NCBI GenBank assembly: GCA_030141605.1 | Contig: JAQGDQ010001096.1 | Location: forward strand, 1-22,840 | Length of the DNA stretch: 22,840 nt | Direction: 5' to 3' | Source of the DNA: Tubiluchus corallicola | Taxonomy: Eukaryota; Animalia; Priapulida | The notes under the pieces: generated by a model | The model's database searches: none | Told to the model about the DNA's origin: nothing | Seen by the model: only the letters and a program-made list of their open reading frames with translations | Made by a program: the position numbers and the translations under genes | Shown: in pieces, positions 22,193 through 22,840 of the stretch | How positions within the stretch are numbered: position 1 is the stretch's first letter | Layout of the letters: each line of letters opens with the position of its first letter

Positions 22193-22448
22193 AGAACGTG
22201 GATGGACAGACTGCTCTCATGGAAGCAGCTGGTAATGGATAATTGAATATAGTACAGTTCTTACAAGATAAAAAAGCTAAAATTGAAGTCAAAGACGAGG
22301 ATGGACAGACTGCTTTCATGTGGGCAGCCATTAATGGACACGTGAATGTAGTTCAGCTCTTACTAGATAGAGGAGCTAAAATTGAAGACAAAGACGAAGC
22401 TGGACAGACTGCTCTCATGCTGGCAGCTATTAATGGACACGTGAATGT
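22193..22448 (+). pseudogene. Duplicated ankyrin-repeat segment
   Basis: 22193-~22370 is nearly identical to 19890-~20066, including the same GGA TAA stop, then resembles ~18280-18377. Confidence 0.9.
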
Positions 22449-22812
22449 TGCCTACTGCTTCAGATGTGAAGAGAGCCCTAATTTCTTCTATGGGACGGTT
22501 TTTCGTTTCGGGTACAAATTTGAATGTAAACAGCCAAAAGATAGCCAGTAGAACAGCGAAAACCAGAAAATCAAAATGCTCGATAGCATTCTCTAATACA
22601 GGAAAGCACAGCCCAAAAAGAAAGTTTGCTGACCAGTTAGCCACCACTCCAATGGACATTGCTGCTGGATAAGCACCTTGACCAAATAACTCTCCACTGA
22701 TAAACATGGGATAGATCCAGAACCCGTGGCAAATGAGATGACAAACAAGAAAACTCCAATGATGCAGATGACAGTCCACGCCTTCGTTTACCAGTCCCTT
22801 TGTCGATAAATA
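22449..22812 (-). pseudogene. Second, shorter and frameshifted copy of the GLUT fragment
   Basis: Aligns to 18378-~18743 with scattered substitutions and two 1-nt deletions; same GTGAATGT|TGCCTA junction. Confidence 0.92.
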
Positions 22813-22840
22813 TAGTTCATTTATATATATAGGATCACAT

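Overview
AT-rich, repeat-dense genomic DNA from an invertebrate animal, with spliceosomal introns, microsatellites and several TE classes. Left half (3753-9923, +): the last six coding exons of an astacin (M12A) zinc metalloprotease with three C-terminal ShK domains; its 5' exons lie outside the window. Its introns carry Helitron-like elements, a hAT-type MITE, a tRNA-derived SINE, a captured SLC5-transporter exon flanked by an 18-bp direct repeat, and an 8-copy tandem amplification of an ShK exon end plus its splice donor. Middle (10-17.5 kb): Penelope, pogo, DD41D mariner, CR1/L2 and piggyBac-like remnants and minisatellites. Right end (18.0-22.84 kb): a mosaic in which a + strand ankyrin-repeat pseudogene is repeatedly interrupted by intronless antisense fragments. 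These are a GLUT/SLC2A copy (twice, same junction) and a decayed minus-strand gene whose NTase part is missing from the ORF track, reading NACHT-like motif > ankyrin repeats > cGAS/Mab-21 nucleotidyltransferase (GS-x11-EYD). That ANK-cGLR fragment and the antisense mosaic are the most interesting signals. All calls come from manual reading; no searches were run.
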